Source of the DNA: a virus
Taxonomy: Duplodnaviria; Caudoviricetes
DNA: 60,508 nt
Direction: 5' to 3' (one strand)
IMG/VR virus record: IMGVR_UViG_3300048836_000838
Coordinates: 1 to 60,508 of that record
Made by a program: the position numbers and the translations under genes. The notes beneath the pieces were generated by a model, which saw only the letters and a program-made list of their open reading frames with translations, was not told the DNA's origin and searched no databases. This document shows positions 27,215-36,536 of this stretch, in pieces (position 1 is the first letter of the stretch; each line of letters begins with the position of its first letter).

Positions 27215-28233
27215 TCATTAACCGAAAAAAGCTGCTTGAGCACCTGGAGAAGGCGCGTCCGGCACTTGCCTCCAAGCCGATGATAATCCAATCGGACTGT
27301 TTCGTCTTCATGGACGGATGGGTCTTCACCTACAATGATGAAATCAGCATCTCCCGACAAGTGCCTGAGATCGACTTTGAAGGGGCTGTGCCCGCCAATG
27401 AGTTCTATGGATATCTGTCCAGGCTCAAGAAGGATGAAGTGACCATCGAGGTTGACGGCAACCTGCTCCGTATTTCTGCAGGACGCTCAGAGGCAGTGAT
27501 CACATTCGACCCTTCCATCCAACTGCCGCTTGATGAGGTGCTCGAAGAGAAGAAGTGGAAGCCGATCCCCTATGGGATGCTTGAAGGCATGCACCTCAGT
27601 TCGTTCTGTGCTGGAGATGACACACGCAATCCGCTTCTGTGCTGCATTCATGTTGCAAAGGACCGGGTTGAAGCGTGCGACAACACACGGTTTCTGATCC
27701 ACGAGATTGGATCTGAGCTCCCTTGTGATCCTTTTCTCATTCCGTTATCATCCATGCGCCAGTTCCGTGCATTCGATCTCAAGCATATTGCGCGAACAGG
27801 AACAGGCTGGGTACACTTTCGCGATGCTGACAAAGCTACTGTACTTTCGTGCCGCGTATTCAGTGACAACTTCATGGACCTGTCCGTCATCAACCTTGAA
27901 GAGGGGACGGCCAGGGACATCAAATGGCCCGCTTCTCTGGTGGAAGCCCTGGGTCGTGTTGAAGCAATCACATCTCCTGAGAAAGGCGACCTCCCTATGG
28001 TCCAGATCCATGTTGGGGAGAATAAGTGGACACTCACTGGTGGTGGAGATCGCGGCAGCGCAACGGAGGTCTGTAATGTCAGGTACTCCGACGACCCGTT
28101 CACGTTCAACACTGCAATCGAGTTCCTGAAAGAAGCAGCACCGCTCGTTACTTCAAGCCGCATCAGCGGAAAGCTCATTGAAGCCCGTGGTGAGGGATGG
28201 AGACATGTGCTTGCACTGATGGAAGAAGTGTGA
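27211..28233 (+). CDS. Sliding clamp (beta-clamp-like)
   Basis: 340 aa. N-terminal INRKKLLEHL...ALASKP and a repeated three-domain pattern. Lies next to the polymerase and clamp loader. Confidence 0.65.
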   Translation: MIINRKKLLEHLEKARPALASKPMIIQSDCFVFMDGWVFTYNDEISISRQVPEIDFEGAVPANEFYGYLSRLKKDEVTIEVDGNLLRISAGRSEAVITFDPSIQLPLDEVLEEKKWKPIPYGMLEGMHLSSFCAGDDTRNPLLCCIHVAKDRVEACDNTRFLIHEIGSELPCDPFLIPLSSMRQFRAFDLKHIARTGTGWVHFRDADKATVLSCRVFSDNFMDLSVINLEEGTARDIKWPASLVEALGRVEAITSPEKGDLPMVQIHVGENKWTLTGGGDRGSATEVCNVRYSDDPFTFNTAIEFLKEAAPLVTSSRISGKLIEARGEGWRHVLALMEEV

Positions 28234-29489
28234 TGCGTGGTTTCTTCTCGCCGGAACAAATCAAATCGTCCTCTCGCCCTGACGGGAGGACGTACTCATG
28301 TGCCTCCTGCGGGCTCTACCGGCAAGCACTACGCCCCCGCAGAGGCCCGCAAGGCGGTTTCAAAAAGCGCATCCTCAACATCGGCAGCTTTCCAAGCGAA
28401 GCGGACGACCGTGAGGACGCATACTGGAACAGCGGAGGTGGGCGGCTGTTGTCCCGAATGCTTGAGAAGCACGGCATCAGCCTTGAAGATGATTGCCTGA
28501 ACATCAACGCCATCAATTGCTTCCCAGGCGACCAAACAACCAACGATTATCATCTGATGTGCTGCCGCAAGCGCATCCATGCGGCAATCAAAGAGTATCA
28601 GCCACATCTTATTTTGCTACATGGCCCACAGGCATCACGCTCGTTCATCACTGCATACTGGAGCAAATCCTTCGGAACAGCACAGCAGTGGTGGGGGTGG
28701 CGGATCCCGCACCAAGAAACGCAGGCGTGGGTGTGTCCTCTGCCGTCCCCAGGATCTGTGGTCCGTGAGCAGAAGCGACCGGAGCTCAAGAAGACATGGA
28801 CGGACATGATGGCCGCTGCGCTGGAACTGGTTGACACGCCGGTGACGCTCTATAAGAAGGCTGAAGAGTGTATTGAAATTGTGCCAGACAGCAGTATCGA
28901 AGTAGTAATAGAGCGGATGTTGCTCGAGCCGCCGCCCTTACTGTTCTTCGACTATGAAACGACCGGACTGAAACCGCATGGGAAGACCCATCAGATTTAC
29001 TGCGTGGGGGTCTCACCACACCCGGACAAGTCGTATGTCTTCTACATGCCAAAGCGCAAACATGAGCAGGTGCTTTTCAAACGGCTGCTAGTGAGAGAGG
29101 ACATCCTGAAGGGTGCTGCAAACATGAAGTTTGAGCATAACTGGACGATGGAAAAGTGCGGATTTCAACCACGAGGTTGGTACTGGGACACAATGCAAGC
29201 GGCCCACGTCATGGATAATCGCCAGGGGATTACGTCTCTCAAGTTCCAGGCATTTGTGCAGCTGGGAGAAAACTCCTACGACACAATCGTAGAACCATAT
29301 TTGAAAGGGAAGGATCCAAAGAATGCAAATTCGATGAATCGGGTGCTTGAGATGGACGCACTCGGCCTTGATCCTGAGCTTCTGAAATACTGCGCTCTGG
29401 ATGCTCTTTTTGAGCACCGTCTCGGCCTCGTTCAGATGAAACAACTAGGGATGCCAATTCCCGAACAAGGACCTGGATTATGGGAATGA
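28233..29489 (+). CDS. DNA polymerase subunit: degenerate family-4 UDG-like domain fused to a 3'-5' exonuclease
   Basis: UDG-like motifs CASC, NAINCFP, CCRKRI and PHLILLHG. Exonuclease motifs FDYETTGL, NMKFE, DTMQAAH and YCALD. Confidence 0.8.
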   Translation: MRGFFSPEQIKSSSRPDGRTYSCASCGLYRQALRPRRGPQGGFKKRILNIGSFPSEADDREDAYWNSGGGRLLSRMLEKHGISLEDDCLNINAINCFPGDQTTNDYHLMCCRKRIHAAIKEYQPHLILLHGPQASRSFITAYWSKSFGTAQQWWGWRIPHQETQAWVCPLPSPGSVVREQKRPELKKTWTDMMAAALELVDTPVTLYKKAEECIEIVPDSSIEVVIERMLLEPPPLLFFDYETTGLKPHGKTHQIYCVGVSPHPDKSYVFYMPKRKHEQVLFKRLLVREDILKGAANMKFEHNWTMEKCGFQPRGWYWDTMQAAHVMDNRQGITSLKFQAFVQLGENSYDTIVEPYLKGKDPKNANSMNRVLEMDALGLDPELLKYCALDALFEHRLGLVQMKQLGMPIPEQGPGLWE

Positions 29490-30880
29490 TGCAAGCAACA
29501 CGCCTCGACGCCTACAACCTGATTCATGAAGGTGTCCTCGCCCTGGCAGCGGCGGAACGAGTAGGGATGAGGGTTGACGTCGAGTACTGTGAAAAGAAAA
29601 AAGAGCACCTCACCAGAAAGGTCGAATGGCTGGAAAAGCGCTTCCTTGAAACAGCACTTGCCCAAGAGTGGAAGCGAATCTTTCCAACTGACTTCAATAT
29701 TGGATCGGACACCCAGCTCCGGCACCTGCTGTATGATGTAATGGGTAAGATTCCACCGAAAACCACCGAGAGCGGCTTGGGCGGCACCGATGAGGAAGCA
29801 CTTACCCAGCTTGGTGATTCCTCCTTGCTCTCCCTTATACAAATGAAGAAACTCAGGAAGATCAGAGACACCTACCTGGATGGATTCCTCCGTGAGCAAG
29901 TGGACGGTGTCATCCATCCTTTCTACAACCTACATACAGCTCGCACCTACCGGTCAAGTTGCGAATCACCGAACTTCCAGAACATCCCAAAACGAGATGA
30001 AGAGGCGATGAAGATCTGCCGCCGAGCAATCTACGCACGAAAAGGCCACCAGCTTCTTGAGGTGGACTTCAAGGGCTTGGAAGTCTCTATCGCCGCATGC
30101 TACCACAAAGACCCGACCATGTTTGCGTACCTGACGGACACACGCAACGATATGCACCGGGATGTGGCTATGCAGATCTTCTTCCTGGATGAGTTCAACA
30201 AGGCGCTGCCAGAGCATAAGAAACTACGAAACGCCACCAAGAATGGGTTCATCTTCCCACAGTTCTACGGTGACTACTACAAGAACAATGCACACAGCTT
30301 GGCAGTACAGTGGGGCAAGCTCGGGACGGGTGCATGGAAGAAGGGGCAAGGGATTCCGATGCCTGGCGGCAGTTCTCTTGCAACCCACATGATCGAGCAT
30401 GGCATCAAGTCGTTCACCGCGTTCGAAAAGCATCTCCAGATCATGGAAACAGACTTCTGGGGCAAGCGGTTCCCTGTCTACAATAAGTGGAGAGAGGACT
30501 GGTTTGCTGCTTATCAGAAGAATGGATTCTTCCAGATGCACACTGGGTTTGAGTGCCGCGGTGTGTTCCGGAGAAACGAAGTCATAAACTACCCGGTACA
30601 AGGAGCGGCATTCCACTGCTTGCTCTGGTGCTTCATCCAAATACACAAGCAGTTTACGGAACGTAAAATGCGAACCTGTCTCATTGGCCAGATTCATGAC
30701 GCCTTGATTGTTGACGTACATCCTGACGAACTAAACCAAGTTCTGGAACTGATCCACAAAGTGACTACTGAAGACCTTCCTAATCACTGGAAGTGGATTA
30801 TCGTCCCGCTCGAAGTTGAAGCAGATCTTTGCCCTGTCGACGCGCCGTGGAGTGAGAAACGCGGCATCAAAATACAATAG
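29486..30880 (+). CDS. polA: Family A DNA polymerase, polymerase domain only
   Basis: TYRSSCESPNFQNIP, motif A DFKGLE, motif B RNATKNGFIFPQFYG, NYPVQG and motif C QIHDA. Confidence 0.92.
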   Translation: MMQATRLDAYNLIHEGVLALAAAERVGMRVDVEYCEKKKEHLTRKVEWLEKRFLETALAQEWKRIFPTDFNIGSDTQLRHLLYDVMGKIPPKTTESGLGGTDEEALTQLGDSSLLSLIQMKKLRKIRDTYLDGFLREQVDGVIHPFYNLHTARTYRSSCESPNFQNIPKRDEEAMKICRRAIYARKGHQLLEVDFKGLEVSIAACYHKDPTMFAYLTDTRNDMHRDVAMQIFFLDEFNKALPEHKKLRNATKNGFIFPQFYGDYYKNNAHSLAVQWGKLGTGAWKKGQGIPMPGGSSLATHMIEHGIKSFTAFEKHLQIMETDFWGKRFPVYNKWREDWFAAYQKNGFFQMHTGFECRGVFRRNEVINYPVQGAAFHCLLWCFIQIHKQFTERKMRTCLIGQIHDALIVDVHPDELNQVLELIHKVTTEDLPNHWKWIIVPLEVEADLCPVDAPWSEKRGIKIQ

Positions 30881-30889
30881 GAGAGATAC

Positions 30890-31804
30890 ATGGCACTTTA
30901 TCACAAGCATCGCCCGACATCATTCGACGAAGTCATCGGTAACGAGAAGACTGTCGAACTACTCAGAAACTCTGTAACGGGCGACAACTGCCCACACGCC
31001 TTCCTTCTCCACGGCCCTACCGGCTGCGGGAAAACAACTCTCGGCCGCATTGTGGCGAAAGAGCTGGGATGTGTTGGCAGCGATTTCAGAGAAGTTGACT
31101 CGGCGGATTTCAGAGGAATCGACACCATCCGTGACATGCGAAAGCAAGCACGATACCAGCCCCTTGAAGGCCCTTGTCGTGTGTGGTTGCTGGATGAGTG
31201 CCACAAGATGTCGAATGATGCCCAGAGCGCCTTGCTGAAAGCTCTCGAAGACCCGCAGCCGCACGTTTACTACATCCTGGCTACCACTGATCCGCAGAAG
31301 CTCCTCAATACCATCCGCGGTCGATGCAGCCAATTCGCTGTCAGCATGCTTGAAGAGCGGCAGATGATGACACTACTCCGCAAGGTCGTCAAGGCTGAAG
31401 AAGACACCTTGCCGAAATCCGTCTATGAGCAGATCGTCCAGGATGCTGCTGGCCATCCGAGAAACGCACTTCAGATCCTTGATCAAGTCCTTCGCGTCGA
31501 TGAGGAGAAGCGGCTAGAGGTTGCTAAGCAGGCTGCCGAAACAGCCATCGACGCAATCGAGCTGTGCCGTGCTTTGATTGACAACGCAAACTGGAAGCAG
31601 ACGGCCGCCATCCTGACAAAGCTCAAGGAACAGGAACCGGAGAGTGTGCGAAGATTGGTTCTTGGATATTGCACAACAGTGCTTCTCAAGAGCGGCAATC
31701 CGCAGGCAGCCAGGATTCTCGAATCGTTCAGAGCGCCCTTCTACGACATCGGGTACCCGGGTCTTGTGTTTGCTTCCTTTGATGCTACATTCGACGGCGA
31801 ATGA
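30890..31804 (+). CDS. Clamp loader ATPase (DnaX gamma/tau-like)
   Basis: LYHKHRPTSFDEVIG, GPTGCGKTT, LLDECH, ALLKALEDP and TIRGRC. Confidence 0.9.
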   Translation: MALYHKHRPTSFDEVIGNEKTVELLRNSVTGDNCPHAFLLHGPTGCGKTTLGRIVAKELGCVGSDFREVDSADFRGIDTIRDMRKQARYQPLEGPCRVWLLDECHKMSNDAQSALLKALEDPQPHVYYILATTDPQKLLNTIRGRCSQFAVSMLEERQMMTLLRKVVKAEEDTLPKSVYEQIVQDAAGHPRNALQILDQVLRVDEEKRLEVAKQAAETAIDAIELCRALIDNANWKQTAAILTKLKEQEPESVRRLVLGYCTTVLLKSGNPQAARILESFRAPFYDIGYPGLVFASFDATFDGE

Positions 31805-31827
31805 TCATCAGAGATGGAACACCACGC

Positions 31828-32024
31828 CGTATAACTCGGTAACAGCATTTGTTATTGATTCCCGCTGTCGACTTCGAGCAGGCCCAGGCGAATTTGGTAA
31901 GTAGCTTGCGGTGATAAAGTATCGAAGGACACGGCAGGATGCGGGCGCCATCCTGCTTGTGGATCCTCTCCTAATCCCTTGGGGAGCGTCGAGCCGGGCT
32001 CCCTGCGCCCACTACTATAGGAGG
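31828..32024 (+). promoter_or_regulatory. Promoter motif plus a structured leader upstream of the recombination/SSB genes
   Basis: CGTATAAC at 31828. Hairpins at 31934-31956 and 31981-32004. AGGAGG RBS at 32019. Confidence 0.45.
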
Positions 32025-32028
32025 AAAT

Positions 32029-32538
32029 ATGAGTCAAGATCATGTTCGAAGTTACGAAGAAGAAATGGGGATCGATTGCTCAGCGTTAGATGTCGAGTGG
32101 CTGGAGCAGCCACGCCTCATGATGAAGTATGGAAGGCAGCTCGCTGACGCCCGAAGGGCCCAGGATGACGCTAAGGAGTTCCTTGATTACACCAAAGCCA
32201 AACTTGATAACGATATCAGGCAAGACCCTGATAGTTACGGACTTGCCAAGGCAACAGAAACTGCGGTTGCTGGTGCCATCCTGCTCCAGGACGAGTATAG
32301 GGAAGCATCCAGTGCGCTGATCCAGGCCAAGTACGACACCGAATTGCTCTCTACTGCAGTTCGCGCTGTTGACAGTCGCAAGACGGCTCTTGAAAATCTG
32401 GTTCGCTTGCATGGTATGTCATACTTTGCAGGGCCTGCTGTGCCGCGTGACCTGGCTGCTGAGCGTGAGAAGCATACTGAAAAGCTGAACCAGGATGCAA
32501 ATCAGCGCGTTCGCATTGCAAGAAGGAGGAAAGAGTAG
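32029..32538 (+). CDS. UvsY-like recombination mediator
   Basis: Helical 169 aa with LDVEWLEQP, KATETAVAGAI and RAVDSRKTALENL. Lies upstream of SSB and RecA. Confidence 0.55.
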   Translation: MSQDHVRSYEEEMGIDCSALDVEWLEQPRLMMKYGRQLADARRAQDDAKEFLDYTKAKLDNDIRQDPDSYGLAKATETAVAGAILLQDEYREASSALIQAKYDTELLSTAVRAVDSRKTALENLVRLHGMSYFAGPAVPRDLAAEREKHTEKLNQDANQRVRIARRRKE

Positions 32539-32539
32539 C

Positions 32540-32716
32540 GTGACAGAACCGATTGTCTACTACTCCTTGACAGGGATTCTGGCAATCTTATTCATTTGCT
32601 TCATCATCCCTTTCATTTGTTACGTCGTTTCAAAAGCAATTACTCGTGGAAAGCTACACGCTGTCCGCGAAAACATACGAAAACTGGAGAAGAATCATGG
32701 CAAAAAAGATGAGTAA
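32540..32716 (+). CDS. Small single-pass membrane protein
   Basis: GTG start after AGGAGG; hydrophobic stretch ILAILFICFIIPFICYVV. Confidence 0.45.
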   Translation: MTEPIVYYSLTGILAILFICFIIPFICYVVSKAITRGKLHAVRENIRKLEKNHGKKDE

Positions 32717-33833
32717 GTTCCGCGGTGCCGTTTCCGCCAACTCCCAGAAACAGAAAACACAAGGGGCCTCTTACGGCCACCTCCAGCTGCCCCGCGGTGT
32801 AAGTGTTTTCAAAGAGGAGCCCGGTGGTAGAGCGCATCTGGACATCATGCCGTATCTGGTGACCGATGCTGCCCATCCTGATTACGATTCTCAGAGCGGC
32901 ATTGCAGCAGTTGGTGAATTGTGGTACAAGCGCCCTTACAAGCTGCACAGAAGCATCGGCAGCCAGAATGACAGCCTGGTGTGCCCTACATCGGTTGGCA
33001 AGCGTTGCCCCATCTGTGAGCACCGCGCCAAGCGGATCAAAGAAGGCGCCCCTGAGGATGAAACGAAGGAACTCAAACCGTCGCTTCGCAACTTGTATTG
33101 TGTCATCCCGCTCGGCATGGACAAGTACGAAGAAACGTACCACATTTGGGACATTTCCCAGTACCTGTTTCAGGACATGTTAAACGATGAGATCGCCGAA
33201 AACGAAGATTTCGAAGTCTTCCCGGATCTCGAAGAAGGCTTGTCCTTGCGCCTGCGCTTCAGTGAAGAAGTCTTCGGCAAGAACAAGTACGCCAAAATCA
33301 GCCGCATCGATTTTGAAGATCGTGACGGTGCTTATGATGAGGCTATCCTCAAGGACATCCCCTTGCTGGACGAGGTTCTCATTATCCCTTCGTACAAGGA
33401 GGCAGAAGCCAAGTTCTTCGAATTGGATGATGACACCGACGACAGTGCTCCGCCCAAGATGCAGCGCGCTCCCAAGCCGGCGCCTGCTGCACCTGCTAAC
33501 GACGATGACGACGACAAGCCCCGCCAGCGTAAGACCCTGAAGAAGCCTGCAGCTCCTATTGAAGAGCCTGCCACCGAAGAAGAAGATGACACACCGCCGC
33601 CTCCGCGTGCAAGAACTCCGCGCCGTGCTGCTGAACCGGAACCAGAAGCCAAAGCGCCTGCACGGAAAGCGCCTGGGAAGCCTGCACCTGCAGCCACGGC
33701 GCCGAGAAAGCCCAAATCAGCAGACACGTGTCCCTTCGGCCACACATTTGGTGACGACTGTGAACAGTTTGACGAATGTGATGATTGCGAAAAGTGGGAT
33801 CCCTGCATGTCCTTGAAAGAAGCATCGATGTAA
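32697..33833 (+). CDS. Single-stranded DNA-binding protein (gp32-like) with a Cys-rich C-terminal domain
   Basis: H...CPTSVGKRCPICE zinc site, acidic/Pro-rich linker, and genomic context. Confidence 0.65.
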   Translation: MAKKMSKFRGAVSANSQKQKTQGASYGHLQLPRGVSVFKEEPGGRAHLDIMPYLVTDAAHPDYDSQSGIAAVGELWYKRPYKLHRSIGSQNDSLVCPTSVGKRCPICEHRAKRIKEGAPEDETKELKPSLRNLYCVIPLGMDKYEETYHIWDISQYLFQDMLNDEIAENEDFEVFPDLEEGLSLRLRFSEEVFGKNKYAKISRIDFEDRDGAYDEAILKDIPLLDEVLIIPSYKEAEAKFFELDDDTDDSAPPKMQRAPKPAPAAPANDDDDDKPRQRKTLKKPAAPIEEPATEEEDDTPPPPRARTPRRAAEPEPEAKAPARKAPGKPAPAATAPRKPKSADTCPFGHTFGDDCEQFDECDDCEKWDPCMSLKEASM

Positions 33834-33836
33834 GCT

Positions 33837-34325
33837 ATGGCATCGAATCTGTTCCCAGTAACAAAGAAAGGTCTGCGAGGGCATAAACTGCTTCAGGTGG
33901 AGATTCCGCCGCAGGACTGGGACTACCTGGTCCTGCAGGCACTCTACAACTACAAAACCCTCGCTGGCCTTATCCGCGAACTTCTTGAGGAATGGATCAA
34001 CGAAAAGACGAACCTGGATCACGATCATGTGATCCGGGTTCTTGCTTCTCGCGCATACAGTGAATGGACGCAGCGCCTTGCTAAACGAGGTGGGAAACCA
34101 TTCTGGCAGACCCATACTGAACTTGCTTCTCGTTTCCGTGAATTTGAAGTAGAGGCCAAGATCCGCTTATTGAAGCGCGGACTCGCTGAGCAATACGCAG
34201 ATGAAATTGTGTCCGTCATCACATCCATGCGAAACCTTGATCCAAACATTTCCAGTGACTTTTTCGTAGGAGAGAAAAATGCAAAGAATCCGCGCCGCGG
34301 CCGTGGGCGTCCAAGAAAAGAATAA
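33837..34325 (+). CDS. Putative DNA-binding protein (RHH-like with an AT-hook)
   Basis: TLAGLIRELLEEWI and C-terminal RRGRGRPRK. Confidence 0.5.
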   Translation: MASNLFPVTKKGLRGHKLLQVEIPPQDWDYLVLQALYNYKTLAGLIRELLEEWINEKTNLDHDHVIRVLASRAYSEWTQRLAKRGGKPFWQTHTELASRFREFEVEAKIRLLKRGLAEQYADEIVSVITSMRNLDPNISSDFFVGEKNAKNPRRGRGRPRKE

Positions 34326-35325
34326 ACAGAAACCCAAGCCGGCCAAGATTGCCGAATACGAAGGAAGTGATGTCTTCATTTCATCCGGGTCGACACTCTT
34401 AGATCTCGCCATTTCAGGCGGCAGGGTTCGTGGAGGGGGCATCCCCGGCGGCATCCTTGTTGAGGTCTTTGGCCCTTCAGGTGCAGGGAAGACCGTTCTT
34501 CTTTGTGAGATTGCCGGCGGCGTGCAGCGGCAGGGCGGGCAGATCATGTTCCGCGATCCTGAGGCTCGATTGAATCAGCAATTCGCCGCCATGTTTGATC
34601 TTGACGTTAACGAAATGGCTTATGACACGCCATCCACAGTGCCTGAGGTATTTGGGCCGGTAAGGAAATGGAACCCCCAGCCAGAAGGCAAGATACATGG
34701 CATCTTCGCCGACTCTCTAGCTGCCTTGTCAACCAATCTTGAGATGGATAACGAGGACGGTGACAAGATGGGAATGCGCCGGGCCAAGGAGTTCAGTGAA
34801 GAGTGCAGGAAAACCTGTCGCATCATTACTGAGCGCAACTTCCTGATGGTATGCTCCAACCAGGTCCGCCAGAACCTCGATGCTGGGCCGTACGGCGAGA
34901 AGTACAAAGCACCGGGCGGAGAGGCTTTTCCTTTTTATGCGAGCCTTCGGTTGCGCTTCTCCGGCGGCACGAAGATGACTGAAAAGAAGACCATCAAAGG
35001 CAAAGAACACAGCAGGGTGGTCGGCATTGAAAGTGAAGTGTTTGTGCACAAATCTTCTGTGTGGAAGCCATACAGATCCGCACCGTTGATCATTTCATTC
35101 GACTACGGTGTGGATGACATCCGCGCAAATCTCCAGTACGTTAAATCGCTCCGCAAGGCCACTACTTACGTAATCGGAAAACGCAAACTCGGCACTGCCA
35201 TGAAGGATGCCATCGAGCAGGTTGAAGAGGATGGTCTCATCGACGAGCTTCGCGAGGAGACGATTGACCTCTGGGAAGAGGTGGAGGCGGCGTTCACCGT
35301 TTCTCGTAAACCTAAACGAGGATAG
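34279..35325 (+). CDS. recA: RecA/UvsX-like recombinase
   Basis: ISSGSTLLDLAISG, EVFGPSGAGKT, FADSLAAL, NQVR and PGGEAFPFYASLRL. Confidence 0.9.
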   Translation: MQRIRAAAVGVQEKNKQKPKPAKIAEYEGSDVFISSGSTLLDLAISGGRVRGGGIPGGILVEVFGPSGAGKTVLLCEIAGGVQRQGGQIMFRDPEARLNQQFAAMFDLDVNEMAYDTPSTVPEVFGPVRKWNPQPEGKIHGIFADSLAALSTNLEMDNEDGDKMGMRRAKEFSEECRKTCRIITERNFLMVCSNQVRQNLDAGPYGEKYKAPGGEAFPFYASLRLRFSGGTKMTEKKTIKGKEHSRVVGIESEVFVHKSSVWKPYRSAPLIISFDYGVDDIRANLQYVKSLRKATTYVIGKRKLGTAMKDAIEQVEEDGLIDELREETIDLWEEVEAAFTVSRKPKRG

Positions 35326-35326
35326 C

Positions 35327-36163
35327 ATGCACACCCTCGTCATCGATTGCAACTACCTCTGTCACCGTGCACGCCACACCACAGGTGAGCTGATTTACCA
35401 CGGGCAGCATACAGGAGTGCTTCATGGCTTCTTTACACAGGTCATGCCGTTACTGTACAAATACCGGCCAGATCGTCTTGTATTTACCTGGGATAGCAGG
35501 CGCTCTCACAGGCGGAAACGGTTTCCGTGGTATAAAGACAGGCCTAAAACTGCCAGTGCTATTGACCCTACGGAAGATTTCAGACAGTTCAATCTTTTAC
35601 GGGATCACTTGCTCTTTGAAGCTGGATTTCAGAACGTCTTCGTTAAAACTGGATTCGAAGCTGATGACCTCATGGCACAAATCGCAGCAACACAAGAGCG
35701 GACAACAATCGTCACAGGGGACGAAGACCTGTACCAGGTCCTTTCGCCCTTGGTATCCATCTACTCTCCGGGCAAGAAGAAAGAAATTACAAGAGCAAGC
35801 TTCATCGAAGAGTATGGCATAACGCCCGCCCAGTGGATCGATGTCAAGAAGATCGCAGGATGTATGAGTGACATGATCCCTGGTGTGCCCGGTGTTGGTG
35901 AAAAGACTGCCATCAAGTATATTCGAGGCGAGCTGAAGAAAACACACAAAACGTACCAGGCCATTCTCGCCAGCACAGAAATCATTGAAAGAAATGACTG
36001 GTTGGTTCGGCTGCCACTTCCTGGTACACCTCGAATTCAGATCCGGCACGATGCAGTAGATGGTGCAGGATTCCGTGCATTGTGCACACGATTCGGACTT
36101 TTCAAACTCATGAACACCATTCCAGAGTGGGAGACTTATTATGGCACGTATCTCGGTGAGTAG
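35327..36163 (+). CDS. 5'-3' exonuclease / flap endonuclease
   Basis: LVIDCNYL, FEADDL, VTGDEDLYQ and SDMIPGVPGVGEKTA. Confidence 0.9.
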   Translation: MHTLVIDCNYLCHRARHTTGELIYHGQHTGVLHGFFTQVMPLLYKYRPDRLVFTWDSRRSHRRKRFPWYKDRPKTASAIDPTEDFRQFNLLRDHLLFEAGFQNVFVKTGFEADDLMAQIAATQERTTIVTGDEDLYQVLSPLVSIYSPGKKKEITRASFIEEYGITPAQWIDVKKIAGCMSDMIPGVPGVGEKTAIKYIRGELKKTHKTYQAILASTEIIERNDWLVRLPLPGTPRIQIRHDAVDGAGFRALCTRFGLFKLMNTIPEWETYYGTYLGE

Positions 36164-36536
36164 CGCGAAAGACAAGGGACGTGAATTTCAGAAATGGGTG
36201 GCGCGGATGATTTCAGAACTCACCGGGATCCCGTGGGGCAAAGATGAGCTGATTGCTTCCCGAGAAGGAGCCCAATCTGGAACAGATATCCGATTGATTG
36301 GGGAGGCGAAAAAGCAGTTCCCTTTCAGTGTTGAGTGCAAAGCACAGGAGTCCTGGTCTGTACACGAGTGGATCAACCAGGCAGTCGAGAACCAGGAACC
36401 GGGTACAGACTGGTTGCTCTTTTGTCGGAGAGGACGAAAGAAGGGCCAGCCGATTCGTATGGTTGTAATAATGGATGCTGATGCATTCTTCAGAACACTC
36501 GGGAGGTTTCATGATCAAAAGAATAGAACTTCGTAA
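36141..36536 (+). CDS. Holliday junction resolvase-like PD-(D/E)xK nuclease
   Basis: AKDKGREFQKWVA, GTDI and SVECK. Confidence 0.75.
   Translation: MARISVSSAKDKGREFQKWVARMISELTGIPWGKDELIASREGAQSGTDIRLIGEAKKQFPFSVECKAQESWSVHEWINQAVENQEPGTDWLLFCRRGRKKGQPIRMVVIMDADAFFRTLGRFHDQKNRTS

Noticed and set aside
29470-29495. Intron or intein explaining the split polymerase
   Set aside because: There is no intervening sequence; the two ORFs overlap directly by ATGA.
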